Assembly: GCA_017627275.1 (NCBI GenBank) | Contig: JAGAHC010000008.1 | Location: 77 to 64,076 of the forward strand | DNA: 64,000 bases | Source: Lachnospiraceae bacterium | GTDB taxonomy: Bacteria; Bacillota; Clostridia; Lachnospirales; Lachnospiraceae | Direction of reading: 5' to 3' | Shown: positions 19,310-29,416 of the stretch, piece by piece | Layout of the letters: every line of letters starts with the position of its first letter | Position numbering within the stretch: position 1 is the stretch's first letter | Made by a program: the position numbers and the translations under genes | The notes under the pieces: generated by a model | What the model was told of the DNA's origin: nothing | The model's database searches: none | Seen by the model: only the letters and a program-made list of their open reading frames with translations

Positions 19310-21063
19310 CTAAGACGCTGACCTTTTCCCCCTGTTTTTCCTATGATCCCGGCACCCTTGTCCTGCACGGACCGGGGGAAAGAAGCGTGCGCTTTTCGAT
19401 CGCCAACAAAAGCGGCGGAAGTCTGCTTCTTCATCTGGTACATCTGAAGACGCAGCAGGAGACGGTGTACGCCTTCCCGGAAGGATCCGGATACGGAGCG
19501 TTGTACAGCGTCCGGGCAGAGGGACTTTCCCCTTCGGAATACGGCTACTTTTATACCCTGGACGGGGCGTTTTACCCCGATCCTCTGGCCCGTGCCGTAT
19601 TGACGGGATCGCCCTCTGATCACCCGCTCTACGGATTCTTTCTTCCAAACGGAGACTTCCCCGTAAAGGACTTTTTGTCTGTTCCTCTCCGGGAGCAGAT
19701 TCTGTACGGTCTGCATGTCAAAGGCTTCACCAGGACGGATGCTTCCGTTCCGCAAAAGCTCCGCGGCACCTTTGAAGGGGTCGTTGCAAAGATCCCGTAT
19801 CTGCGGTCGCTTTCTGTCAACGCCATCGAATGCATGCCGGTCTATGTTCCCGCAAAGAGCGAAAACAATTACTGGGGATACGGAACGGGCTATTACTACG
19901 CGCTGAATCCCGCCTTTTCGGCAACCGGCAATGCGGAAGAATCGTTTCTTTCGTTTCTGAGCGCCTGTCATGAAAACGGGATCCTCCTGTATCTGCAGTT
20001 TCATTTTCCGGAAACGTTTTCCGCAGAGGAAGCGCTGCGTGTCATCCGCTTTTACCGGACTGCCTACGGGATCGACGGCATCCGCCTGATCGGCATCCAC
20101 CCGGTCGCTTCCATGATCGCAGACGACCCTCTGCTGCAGGATCTGTATCTTCTGACGGAGAACACACAGGTCTTTTCTCCCGAAAGAAAGAGACAGGGCT
20201 TCATCGACCGTTCTTCGCGTCATCTGTTACGGCGCTTTGCAAAGGGTGACGCCGGCATCCTGCGAGACTTTGTCCGCCTTCTTCTGCAGGTCGGAGGAGA
20301 TCAGGAAACGGTATCCTCCCTCACGGATTTCTCCGGGTTTACGGCCTTTGACCTGGTTTCCTACAACTGGAAACACAATGAGAACAACGGCGAAGAAAAC
20401 CGCGACGGAGAAGACTACAACGACAGCTGGAACTGCGGGGTAGAAGGACCTTCCTCCAAAAAGGAGATCAAGGCGCTTCGGATGCGCCAGATCCGCAACC
20501 TCTTTACAGTGCTTGCCTTTTCACAGGGCGCGCTCCGGCTGCGCGAAGGGGATGAAGTATTAAACGAACAGGGCGGAAACAACAATCCCTACTGTCAGGA
20601 CAACGAAGTCGGCTGGGTGCAGTGGAAGAAGACCGCTCCCGCAAAGGAGACGCTTTCCTTTGTCACGAAGCTCCTTTCTCTGCGTTCCTCCTTACGTCTT
20701 CTGCATAAAGACCGCTCCATTCTGATGAGCACGGGCAAGGACAAGGTCCTGCCGGAAGTCTCTCTCCACGGAAAGGAAGCCTGGAAGCCGTCCTTTCAAA
20801 ACGAGGACCGTACCATCGGCATCGTCTACAAAGGAGACGGGAAAGAGGATCCCTATGCCGTCTGTCTTGCTCTCAACATGCACTGGAAGCGGCAGGAGCT
20901 CGGCCTTCCCCATCTGCCGGACGGGTATGTCTGGGCGCTTACCATGGATACCTTTCAGAAGGATCCGTTCCCTGAAATGCCGCAGGTCCTGACGGAACAG
21001 CATCACCTCCTCATCAGGGAGCGTTCCGTACAGATCCTTACGGCCGTTCCGGAAAGCAGGTGA
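19306..21063 (+). CDS. GlgX/isoamylase-like GH13 protein, probably catalytically inactive
   Basis: NYWGY, DLVSYN.KHN..NGE.NRDG...N.SWNCG.EG, GNNNPYCQDN; catalytic Asp residues replaced. Confidence 0.85.
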   Translation: MTKTLTFSPCFSYDPGTLVLHGPGERSVRFSIANKSGGSLLLHLVHLKTQQETVYAFPEGSGYGALYSVRAEGLSPSEYGYFYTLDGAFYPDPLARAVLTGSPSDHPLYGFFLPNGDFPVKDFLSVPLREQILYGLHVKGFTRTDASVPQKLRGTFEGVVAKIPYLRSLSVNAIECMPVYVPAKSENNYWGYGTGYYYALNPAFSATGNAEESFLSFLSACHENGILLYLQFHFPETFSAEEALRVIRFYRTAYGIDGIRLIGIHPVASMIADDPLLQDLYLLTENTQVFSPERKRQGFIDRSSRHLLRRFAKGDAGILRDFVRLLLQVGGDQETVSSLTDFSGFTAFDLVSYNWKHNENNGEENRDGEDYNDSWNCGVEGPSSKKEIKALRMRQIRNLFTVLAFSQGALRLREGDEVLNEQGGNNNPYCQDNEVGWVQWKKTAPAKETLSFVTKLLSLRSSLRLLHKDRSILMSTGKDKVLPEVSLHGKEAWKPSFQNEDRTIGIVYKGDGKEDPYAVCLALNMHWKRQELGLPHLPDGYVWALTMDTFQKDPFPEMPQVLTEQHHLLIRERSVQILTAVPESR

Positions 21064-21067
21064 AACG

Positions 21068-21646
21068 ATGCATCATAACGAGCCGATCACCTTGCAGAAA
21101 ACAGTGGGACATTTTCTCACCATTACGCATCACAAATACCTTGTGATGAAGGGCTGCTTTGCAGTCGGCCTTATCCGCCAGGGTCTGATGCACGACCTCT
21201 CCAAATATTCGCCCTCGGAGTTTCTGATCGGCGCGAGATACTTTCAGGGCGACCGCAGTCCCAATAATGCCGAGCGCGACGATGTCGGCATCTCCACCGC
21301 CTGGCTCCATCACAAGGGGCGCAACAAGCACCACTATGAATACTGGATGGATTACAACCCGAAGGGGGCAGACCGCGCGGAGGACGCCATCATTCCGATG
21401 AAGATGCCGGGCTGCTATGTGATCGAGATGTTCATGGACCGGATCGCCGCATCCAAGGTCTATCAGAAAGAGAAGTACACGGATCAGCATCCGCTTGCTT
21501 ATTTTGAACGGGCGCCCAAAAACAGAGTCCTTCTCCATCCGGAGACGTATGACCTGCTGTACTCACTTTTGAAAATGCTTGCGGAAAAAGGAGAGGAAGA
21601 GACCTTTTCCTACATCCGCAAACACCTGGTGCGAAAGCCATGGTAA
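21068..21646 (+). CDS. DUF5662-family protein (HD-like, His-rich)
   Basis: HDLSKYSP.EF, WLHHKGRNKHHYEYW, EMFMDRIAASK. Confidence 0.75.
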   Translation: MHHNEPITLQKTVGHFLTITHHKYLVMKGCFAVGLIRQGLMHDLSKYSPSEFLIGARYFQGDRSPNNAERDDVGISTAWLHHKGRNKHHYEYWMDYNPKGADRAEDAIIPMKMPGCYVIEMFMDRIAASKVYQKEKYTDQHPLAYFERAPKNRVLLHPETYDLLYSLLKMLAEKGEEETFSYIRKHLVRKPW

Positions 21647-22398
21647 CTGCTCAGGAGCTTCGATTCTTTGAAGAAGCAAAGGATATGGTCTTAACGTTTT
21701 CGGAGAGAGAACGGCACGGCATCGGCATGCAGATGGAAAAAACCATGCATGCCGTTTTAAAGAATTTCTGCGATCCGGATCTGGACCATCAGGAGATCCC
21801 GCTGCTTAACTACATTGCCGATATTTTTACCGGAGAAGAGGTCATCGAGATCCAGACGGCCCAGTTTCACAGGCTGCGGAACAAACTCAGCGCCTTTCTC
21901 CCGGTCTATCCCGTCCGCGTCGTCTATCCCATCCCTCAGAACAAATGGATCATCTGGGTGGATCCCGTAACGGGCAAGGCGGGAGAGCGCAGAACTTCCC
22001 CTCTGCACGGCAGTTTTTACACCGCCTTTTCGGAACTCTATAAGATACGGCCCTTTTTGAAAGAGAAGAATCTGACGATAGAACTCCTTCTTTTGGACGT
22101 GGAGGAATACCGCCTGCAGGACGGCTATGCCAGAAAAGGAAAACGCGGCTCCCACCGCTACGACCGGATCCCGCTGCGTTTAAACGACAGGATGGTCCTT
22201 AGGGGTAAGGAAGATTACATGCAGTTTCTTCCGCCGGAACTGGAAGAGCCGTTTACCTCCGCCGACCTCGCAAAAACCCTGCACTATCGAAAAGAGGGCT
22301 TTTCCACGGTCCTGCAGATCCTGCACGACATGCAGGTGGTAAAGCGTGTCGGAAAAAAACGAAACGCCTATCTCTATGAGGTGAATGACCCCATCTGA
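21640..22398 (+). CDS. Hypothetical PD-(D/E)XK nuclease-like protein with C-terminal winged helix
   Basis: EKTMH...YIADIF...VIEIQT; basic C-terminal wHTH-like segment. Confidence 0.6.
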   Translation: MVTAQELRFFEEAKDMVLTFSERERHGIGMQMEKTMHAVLKNFCDPDLDHQEIPLLNYIADIFTGEEVIEIQTAQFHRLRNKLSAFLPVYPVRVVYPIPQNKWIIWVDPVTGKAGERRTSPLHGSFYTAFSELYKIRPFLKEKNLTIELLLLDVEEYRLQDGYARKGKRGSHRYDRIPLRLNDRMVLRGKEDYMQFLPPELEEPFTSADLAKTLHYRKEGFSTVLQILHDMQVVKRVGKKRNAYLYEVNDPI

Positions 22399-22408
22399 CG
22401 CTTCTTTG

Positions 22409-22417
22409 TGCTAGAAT
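22409..22417 (+). promoter_or_regulatory. Extended -10 promoter of miaB, probably leaderless or very short leader
   Basis: TGcTAGAAT ending 8 nt before ATG 22426; no SD. Confidence 0.5.
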
Positions 22418-22425
22418 AGATTGTT

Positions 22426-23850
22426 ATGACAAATACACCCGATTTTCATTCCAAAGAGAAGATAAGACAGGACGCTTATCTTGAGAAACTGCGTACGCTT
22501 ACGGAAGACCTTTTTGCGGAAAGGAAGGCGCCGCTTACGTTTCATGTCGTGACCTTCGGCTGCCAGATGAATGCCAAGGATTCCGAGAAACTCTCCGGCG
22601 TATTAAAGGCGGCAGGGTTTCTGATGAGCGAAACGGAAGACGCGGACCTCGTCCTTTTCAATACCTGTACCGTGCGCGACAACGCGGACCAGCGGCTGTT
22701 TGGGAGACTGGGACGCCTGTCCCATCTGAAGAAAAAACGGCCCCACGCGAAGATCGCCCTCTGCGGCTGCATGATGCAGGAAGCATCGAACGTGGAGAAG
22801 ATTAAAAAGAGCTACCCCTATGTGGATCTGATCTTCGGTACGCACAACCTTTACCGCTTCCCGGAATACCTGTATACCATGTATACGCAGGACGCACCGG
22901 TGATCGATATCTGGGAGAAGACCGACGACATTCTGGAGGATCTGCCGACCGACCGGAAATATCCCTTTAAATCCGGCGTTAACATCATGTTCGGCTGCAA
23001 CAATTTCTGCAGCTATTGCATCGTTCCCTATGTGCGCGGAAGAGAGCGTTCCCGGGAGAAGGAAGAGATCCTTGCGGAGATCAGGACGCTCGTACAAAGC
23101 GGCGTAAAGGAAGTCATGCTCCTTGGGCAGAACGTCAACAGCTACGGAAGAGGCCTTGAAAAAGCCTGTACCTTCCCGGAACTTTTGCGGGAAGTTTCCC
23201 ACGTCGAAGGGCTTGCCCGCGTCCGATTCATGACACCGCACCCAAAGGACTTTTCCCCGGAACTCCTGCAGGTCATCGCGGAAGAAAAGACGGTCGCAAG
23301 GCACATCCACCTTCCCCTGCAGTCGGGATCGACAAAAATCCTTCGGGAGATGAACCGGAGATATACAAAAGAGGATTATCTTTCCCTGGCGGAAAGGATC
23401 CGAAGAGATCTGCCGGATGTGGCGATTACCACGGACATCATCGTCGGATTCCCCACGGAAACCATGGAGGATGTGGAAGACACCCTCGATGTGATCGACC
23501 GCGTGCAGTTCGACAACGCCTATACCTTTATCTATTCCCCGCGAAGAGGGACGCCGGCCGCCGCACTTCCCAAGGCGCTGACGGACGAGGAGATCCATGC
23601 CGCCTTTGACAGGGTCCTTGCGCGGGTACAGCATAACGCAAGGATTCGGGCAGGCCTTCTGGAAGGAGAGACGCACACGGCGCTCTTTGAAGAAGTGAAC
23701 GAAAAAGATCCTTCCCTGATCACCGGAAGGCTTTCCAACAATATGATCGTACACGTGCCGGGGGATCCCTCCCTCATCGGTTCGTTCCGGAAGGTTTTCT
23801 TAAAGGAATGCCACGGGTTTTATTATTTCGGAGAAATCGCAAAGGAGTAA
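22426..23850 (+). CDS. miaB: tRNA-i(6)A37 methylthiotransferase
   Basis: TFGCQMN..DSE, NTCTVR, radical-SAM CNNFCSYC, TRAM domain. Confidence 0.96.
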   Translation: MTNTPDFHSKEKIRQDAYLEKLRTLTEDLFAERKAPLTFHVVTFGCQMNAKDSEKLSGVLKAAGFLMSETEDADLVLFNTCTVRDNADQRLFGRLGRLSHLKKKRPHAKIALCGCMMQEASNVEKIKKSYPYVDLIFGTHNLYRFPEYLYTMYTQDAPVIDIWEKTDDILEDLPTDRKYPFKSGVNIMFGCNNFCSYCIVPYVRGRERSREKEEILAEIRTLVQSGVKEVMLLGQNVNSYGRGLEKACTFPELLREVSHVEGLARVRFMTPHPKDFSPELLQVIAEEKTVARHIHLPLQSGSTKILREMNRRYTKEDYLSLAERIRRDLPDVAITTDIIVGFPTETMEDVEDTLDVIDRVQFDNAYTFIYSPRRGTPAAALPKALTDEEIHAAFDRVLARVQHNARIRAGLLEGETHTALFEEVNEKDPSLITGRLSNNMIVHVPGDPSLIGSFRKVFLKECHGFYYFGEIAKE

Positions 23851-23852
23851 CG

Positions 23853-26597
23853 TTGGAAGAAACACAGAGCGTAAAAAACGAGATCCTTGCCGCCTTTCCG
23901 GAGATCCCGAAGGAGGAGATCGACAAGATCTCTCCCATGATGATGCATTATCTCACCACCAAGCTCGCGAACAGGAACGCCATCCTGTTTTACCGTCTGG
24001 GTGATTTCTATGAAATGTTCTTTTCGGACGCGGTCCTGGTTTCCAGAGAACTGGAGCTGACCCTGACCGGAAAAAACTGCGGGCTGACCGAACGCGCGCC
24101 GATGTGCGGCGTGCCTTTTCATGCGGCGGACACCTATATCACAAAGCTCGTGGAAAAGGGATATCATGTCGCGATCTGCGAACAGGTCGAGGATCCCAAA
24201 GAAGCAAAGGGCATCGTGAAGCGCGAGGTCATCCGCGTCGTGACGCCCGGGACCAACATCGACATGGCTTCCCTCGACGAAAAGACCAACCACTACATCC
24301 TCTGCCTGCATTATGACGCGGGAGAGGCAGGCATCGCCGTCTGCGATATCACGACGGGGAGTTTCCGCGTCACACAGACAACCAGCCTCCAGAACACCCT
24401 GGACGAGATCCTGAAGCTTTCTCCGTCCGAAGTCCTTGCGGATGATGCCTTTATGATCAGCGGCGTAAAGACCGACCTGCTGGAAAAAGAGCTGCGCACA
24501 CCGCTCCAGGTCCTGACGGAAGAGTATTTCCGGGAGGATACCGCCGCAAAAGTCCTGTGTCATAAGTTCGGCGTTTCTTCGGTGACGGCGCTTGGCTTAA
24601 GCGCCATGCCTCTTGCGCAGTGTGCGGCGGGCGCCCTTCTGCAGTACCTGAAGGAAACGCAGAAGAACGATCTGAACGGCATCACGCATCTGGATGTTTA
24701 CACGGGCGGACAGTACATGCTGCTCGACCATTCGACGAGAAGAAGTCTGGAACTGACTTCCACCATGCGGGAAAAAGAGAAGCGGGGCTCCCTGCTATGG
24801 GTCCTCGACAAGACCGGGACCGCCATGGGTGCCAGAATGCTCAAAACTTTTCTGGAACAGCCGCTTCTGCAAAAGGAAGCGATCCTCGCAAGGCTCGACG
24901 CCGTGGAAGCCTTAAAGGACCACAGCGTGGACCGGGAGGAGATCCGGGAGTACTTAAAGCCAGTCTATGATCTGGAGCGGCTCCTCACAAGGATCGTTTA
25001 TGCCCATGCCAATCCGAGGGACCTTCTTTCGTTTGCTTCCTCCCTGTCGCACCTTCCGCCCATCCGGACGATCCTGGCACCGCTTGTCAGTGAGGGCGCA
25101 TCGTCCCTTCTGGCAGAACTTTTGCAGAATCTGGATCCTCTGACCGACCTGTATGACCTGCTTTCTTCTTCGCTGGATGAAGATGCTCCGCTGACCGTCA
25201 AGGAGGGCGGCATCATCAAGCAGGGATTTGATAAGGACATCGATACCTTAAAGAGCGTCCGCACGGAAGGAAAGCAGTGGCTGATCGACCTGGAGGAAAA
25301 GGAAAAGGCAAGGACCGGCATCAAGAACCTGAAGATCAAATACAACAAGGTCTTCGGCTATTATCTGGATGTCACGAATTCCTATAAGGACCTTGTCCCT
25401 GCCGACTATATCCGAAAACAGACCCTCACCGGGTCGGAGCGCTATACGACCGAGGAATTAAAGCGGCTCGAAGACAATATCCTCCATGCGGAAGACAAGC
25501 TGAATACGCTGGAATACGAAGTCTTCTGCAGGGTACGCGATACGATCGCGGAGAATGCCGAGCGCGTGCGTAAGACCTCCGAAGCCATCGCCACGCTGGA
25601 TGCCCTTTGTTCCCTTGCTCTCATCGCCGAACAGAACCATTACGTTCGCCCGTCCTTTAACGAAAAGGGGAGCATTACCATCAAGGACGGCAGACATCCC
25701 GTGGTCGAGAAGATGGTGACCCACGAATTCGTGCCAAACGACACGTTCCTCGATTCGGACAAGGATATGATCGCCATCATCACGGGCCCCAACATGGCCG
25801 GCAAGAGCACCTATATGCGGCAGGTGGCCCTCATCTGCCTCCTTGCCCAGATCGGAAGTTTTGTTCCCGCCGCAGAAGCGGATCTTTGTATCGTCGACCG
25901 TATCTTCACGAGGGTCGGGGCTTCGGATGATCTGGCAAGCGGCCAGAGTACCTTCATGGTCGAAATGAACGAAGTCGCAAACATCCTGCGCAACGCCACG
26001 GCAAAGAGCCTGCTGATCCTGGATGAGATCGGAAGAGGTACTTCCACCTTTGACGGCCTCTCCATCGCCTGGGCCGTCATCGAGCACATCTGCAATAAAA
26101 AGCTGATCGGCGCCAAGACCCTCTTTGCCACCCACTATCATGAGCTGACCGAGCTCGAAGGCAAGATCAAAAACGTACGAAACTATTGTGTGGCGGTGAA
26201 GGAGAGCGGAGACAACATCATTTTCCTCCGCAAGATCATTCGCGGCGGCGCGGACCAGAGCTACGGCATCCAGGTGGCAAGACTCGCCGGCGTCCCTTCA
26301 ATGGTGACCGACCGCGCGAAGGAGATCGTCAGTACGCTGACCGACAATGACATCACGGAGCGAATGGAGAAGATCGACATTCCGTCGGAAAAGAAAGGCT
26401 CCGGAAAACCCAGACACTACGATGAAGTCGATCTGAAGCAGATGTCCTTTTTCGATACCCTGAATGAAGAAGACATCCTGAAGGAGATCCGGGAGATTGA
26501 TATTTCGGCCCTCACGCCGCTTGACGCCCTGAACACCCTGTACCGGATGCAGAATGAACTCAACAATACCTGGAGCACACCGCATGGCAACGCCTAA
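23853..26597 (+). CDS. mutS: DNA mismatch repair protein MutS
   Basis: GDFYEMF, GPNMAGKST, DEIGRGT, ATHYHEL; TTG start after AAGGAG. Confidence 0.97.
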   Translation: MEETQSVKNEILAAFPEIPKEEIDKISPMMMHYLTTKLANRNAILFYRLGDFYEMFFSDAVLVSRELELTLTGKNCGLTERAPMCGVPFHAADTYITKLVEKGYHVAICEQVEDPKEAKGIVKREVIRVVTPGTNIDMASLDEKTNHYILCLHYDAGEAGIAVCDITTGSFRVTQTTSLQNTLDEILKLSPSEVLADDAFMISGVKTDLLEKELRTPLQVLTEEYFREDTAAKVLCHKFGVSSVTALGLSAMPLAQCAAGALLQYLKETQKNDLNGITHLDVYTGGQYMLLDHSTRRSLELTSTMREKEKRGSLLWVLDKTGTAMGARMLKTFLEQPLLQKEAILARLDAVEALKDHSVDREEIREYLKPVYDLERLLTRIVYAHANPRDLLSFASSLSHLPPIRTILAPLVSEGASSLLAELLQNLDPLTDLYDLLSSSLDEDAPLTVKEGGIIKQGFDKDIDTLKSVRTEGKQWLIDLEEKEKARTGIKNLKIKYNKVFGYYLDVTNSYKDLVPADYIRKQTLTGSERYTTEELKRLEDNILHAEDKLNTLEYEVFCRVRDTIAENAERVRKTSEAIATLDALCSLALIAEQNHYVRPSFNEKGSITIKDGRHPVVEKMVTHEFVPNDTFLDSDKDMIAIITGPNMAGKSTYMRQVALICLLAQIGSFVPAAEADLCIVDRIFTRVGASDDLASGQSTFMVEMNEVANILRNATAKSLLILDEIGRGTSTFDGLSIAWAVIEHICNKKLIGAKTLFATHYHELTELEGKIKNVRNYCVAVKESGDNIIFLRKIIRGGADQSYGIQVARLAGVPSMVTDRAKEIVSTLTDNDITERMEKIDIPSEKKGSGKPRHYDEVDLKQMSFFDTLNEEDILKEIREIDISALTPLDALNTLYRMQNELNNTWSTPHGNA

Positions 26598-28458
26598 GAT
26601 AAAACTGTTAAGCGAAGAGACTATTGCCCGGATCGCGGCCGGAGAGGTCGTGGAGAAGCCGGTCAATGTCGTCAAGGAACTCGTTGAAAACGCGCTGGAC
26701 GCCGGCGCAGGGGCTGTCAGCATCGAGATCAGAGACGGCGGGATCTCTCTGATCCGTGTCACGGACAACGGAACAGGGATCGACCGCGCAGACATCCCGG
26801 GCGCTTTTTTAAGACACGCGACCAGTAAGATCAGGGACGAACAGGACCTGATGGCGCTTACCACCTTAGGTTTCCGCGGCGAGGCGCTCTCCAGCATCGC
26901 AGCCGTCTCCAAGGTGGAGATGATCACCAAACAGAAGGATTCGCTCACCGGCTTTCGCGTGACGAACTCGCCTCTGTTTTCGAACGGAACGGAAGAGGGC
27001 GGGCTCTATTACGAGGAGATCGGCGCGCCCGACGGCACCACCGTGATCGTGCGGGATCTGTTTTACAATGTCCCCGTTCGTAAAAAGTTTTTAAAGCAGG
27101 CTCCGACGGAAGCTTCCTACATCACGGAAGCCGTGGAACACCTTGCCCTGTCGCACCCGGATATTTCCTTCCACTACATCGTGAACGGGAAAGACAGACT
27201 TCATACGACCGGCAACGGCGATCTGAAGGAGATCCTGTACCGCATCTACGGGAAGGAAGTAACGACCCACCTGCTGCCGCTTTCCTTTGCAAAAGACGAT
27301 CTTTCAATCGAAGGCTTTATCGGCCACCCCGCGCTCAACCGCGGCAACCGGGATTATGAAGTCCTCTTCGTCAACGGAAGAGTCTTATCTTCGCCGCTTA
27401 TCTGTTCCGCGATCGAAGAGGGATACGGCACCAACCTGATGCAGCACCGCTTCCCCTTTGCGGTCCTGTCGATGACCCTGCCGCCGAAGTCCCTCGACGT
27501 GAATATCCATCCTGCCAAAAAGGAAGTGCGGTTTACGGATCCCGCCTTTGTGTCCCAATGTGTGACAAAGGCAGTCGAAAACGCGCTGCACCGTCATGAA
27601 CCGATCCAGAAGGAGACGCTTCTTACGGCAAAGGAGAGTGCCGATGATAAAAAGGCGGACGATGCGGTAAGGACGCAGGACATCTTAAAAGACAGTCATT
27701 ATGAGCCCTTTGAGCAGACACCGGTTTCCCCGGTATCTGCGCAGGACCTGATCGCAGACATGCCGGAAATCTATGACGCAAACGGGATTTCCCCTTCTCC
27801 GGCAGAAGTAAAGACGCCTGAAAAAGAAATCTCATACCGCCAGGAGGAAATGGTCTTTACCAAAGAACACGCCGCCTCCTTCCGGTTCCTCGGACAACTG
27901 TTTCTGACCTACTGGCTCATCGAGTGGGAAGATAGATTCCTGATCATCGACCAGCATGCGGCACACGAAAAGGTCAATTACGAAAAACTCATGCGTACCC
28001 TGTCGGAGAATCAGGAAGGCCCCGCTCCCAGCCAGCAGATCCTTCCCGCGAAGATCCTCACGCTGACTGCGAGAGAAGAAGCGGCCTTTGCGGAGACCAA
28101 AGAAGCTTTCTTGCAGCTGGGATTTATCGTAGAGGAAATGGGCGGCGGAAGCATCGCCCTGCGCGAGGTGCCGACAACGCTCTACGGAGCAGACCCGGAA
28201 ACACTCTTTAAGGATACCCTGCAGGAATGGATGGATGACCGGGGCGGGAAGACGCCCACGGAGATCCTGCAGAAGATTGCCGATATGTCCTGCAAGGCTT
28301 CCGTCAAGGGCGGACAGCGCCTGCGGGAGGAAGAAGCAAAGGCATTGATCGCTTCCATGCTTTCTCTGGACGACCCCTACCACTGTCCGCACGGAAGACC
28401 GACCATGATCGAGTTGACAAAGCATGAGATCGAACGAAAATTCAAACGTATCGTTTGA
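26584..28458 (+). CDS. mutL: DNA mismatch repair endonuclease MutL
   Basis: IAAGEVVE, KELVENALDAGA, GFRGEAL, DQHAAHE, CPHGRP. Confidence 0.97.
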   Translation: MATPKIKLLSEETIARIAAGEVVEKPVNVVKELVENALDAGAGAVSIEIRDGGISLIRVTDNGTGIDRADIPGAFLRHATSKIRDEQDLMALTTLGFRGEALSSIAAVSKVEMITKQKDSLTGFRVTNSPLFSNGTEEGGLYYEEIGAPDGTTVIVRDLFYNVPVRKKFLKQAPTEASYITEAVEHLALSHPDISFHYIVNGKDRLHTTGNGDLKEILYRIYGKEVTTHLLPLSFAKDDLSIEGFIGHPALNRGNRDYEVLFVNGRVLSSPLICSAIEEGYGTNLMQHRFPFAVLSMTLPPKSLDVNIHPAKKEVRFTDPAFVSQCVTKAVENALHRHEPIQKETLLTAKESADDKKADDAVRTQDILKDSHYEPFEQTPVSPVSAQDLIADMPEIYDANGISPSPAEVKTPEKEISYRQEEMVFTKEHAASFRFLGQLFLTYWLIEWEDRFLIIDQHAAHEKVNYEKLMRTLSENQEGPAPSQQILPAKILTLTAREEAAFAETKEAFLQLGFIVEEMGGGSIALREVPTTLYGADPETLFKDTLQEWMDDRGGKTPTEILQKIADMSCKASVKGGQRLREEEAKALIASMLSLDDPYHCPHGRPTMIELTKHEIERKFKRIV

Positions 28459-29416
28459 GGACAACCAAAAAGAACCCCTCATCGTTGTCGCCGGTCCCAC
28501 CGCGGTCGGCAAGAGCGACCTCGCGCTGTTTCTGGCTAAGCACTTAGACGGCGCCGTCCTTTCCGCCGACTCCATGCAGGTCTACCGCGGGATGGACATC
28601 GGAACGGCAAAGGTCCGGGAAGAAGAAAGACGCGGCATCCCCCATTATCTGATCGACATCCTGTCTCCCGAAGAAGAGTGGAATGTCATGCGCTTTCTTA
28701 CAGAAGCCAAGAAGGCGTACGGGATGATTCGTGAACAGGGACAGCTCCCGATCCTCTGCGGCGGAACGGGATTCTATGTGGACGCCTTTGTGCGGGATGT
28801 GGATTTTACCGAAGAAGAAACGGACCCCCTGTACAGGGAATCGCTCTATCAGGAAGCGGCAGGAGACGTTCTTTCTCTGTACCGAAAGCTCCAGCAGACA
28901 GACCCCGACTATGCAAAAGAGATCCATCCGAACAACGTGAAACGGATCGTCCGGGCATTGGAATACCATCACCTGACGGGACAGACGCTTTCTTTCCACA
29001 ATCGCACCCAGAAAGAGAAGACCTCTCCCTACAAGGTCTTTTACCTGGTCCTTACCGATGAGAGGAAGACCCTTTACGAACGAATCGACAGACGGGTCGA
29101 TGCGATGATGGAAGAAGGACTTCTAGCGGAAGTCATATCTCTGAAGGAACAATATCCATCCCTTACGGATGTATCCCGCCTGTCTGTCTCCATGCAGGGG
29201 ATCGGATACAAGGAACTGCTGCTTTATCTTGACGGTCAGCTTTCTTTACAGGAAGCAGTCGATCTGATCAAGCAAAACACCAGGCATTTTGCAAAACGGC
29301 AGCTTACCTGGTTTAAAAAGAGTCCCGGTGCCGTATTCTTTTCTCTGGAAGAGGAGAGGGACAGGGACAGGTTTTATGAATCCATACTGGAAAAGATCAA
29401 GGAGTATTATCAATGA
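28424..29416 (+). CDS. miaA: tRNA dimethylallyltransferase
   Basis: GPTAVGKS, DSMQVY, GGTGFY, TRHFAKRQLTW; start uncertain. Confidence 0.95.
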   Translation: MRSNENSNVSFEDNQKEPLIVVAGPTAVGKSDLALFLAKHLDGAVLSADSMQVYRGMDIGTAKVREEERRGIPHYLIDILSPEEEWNVMRFLTEAKKAYGMIREQGQLPILCGGTGFYVDAFVRDVDFTEEETDPLYRESLYQEAAGDVLSLYRKLQQTDPDYAKEIHPNNVKRIVRALEYHHLTGQTLSFHNRTQKEKTSPYKVFYLVLTDERKTLYERIDRRVDAMMEEGLLAEVISLKEQYPSLTDVSRLSVSMQGIGYKELLLYLDGQLSLQEAVDLIKQNTRHFAKRQLTWFKKSPGAVFFSLEEERDRDRFYESILEKIKEYYQ

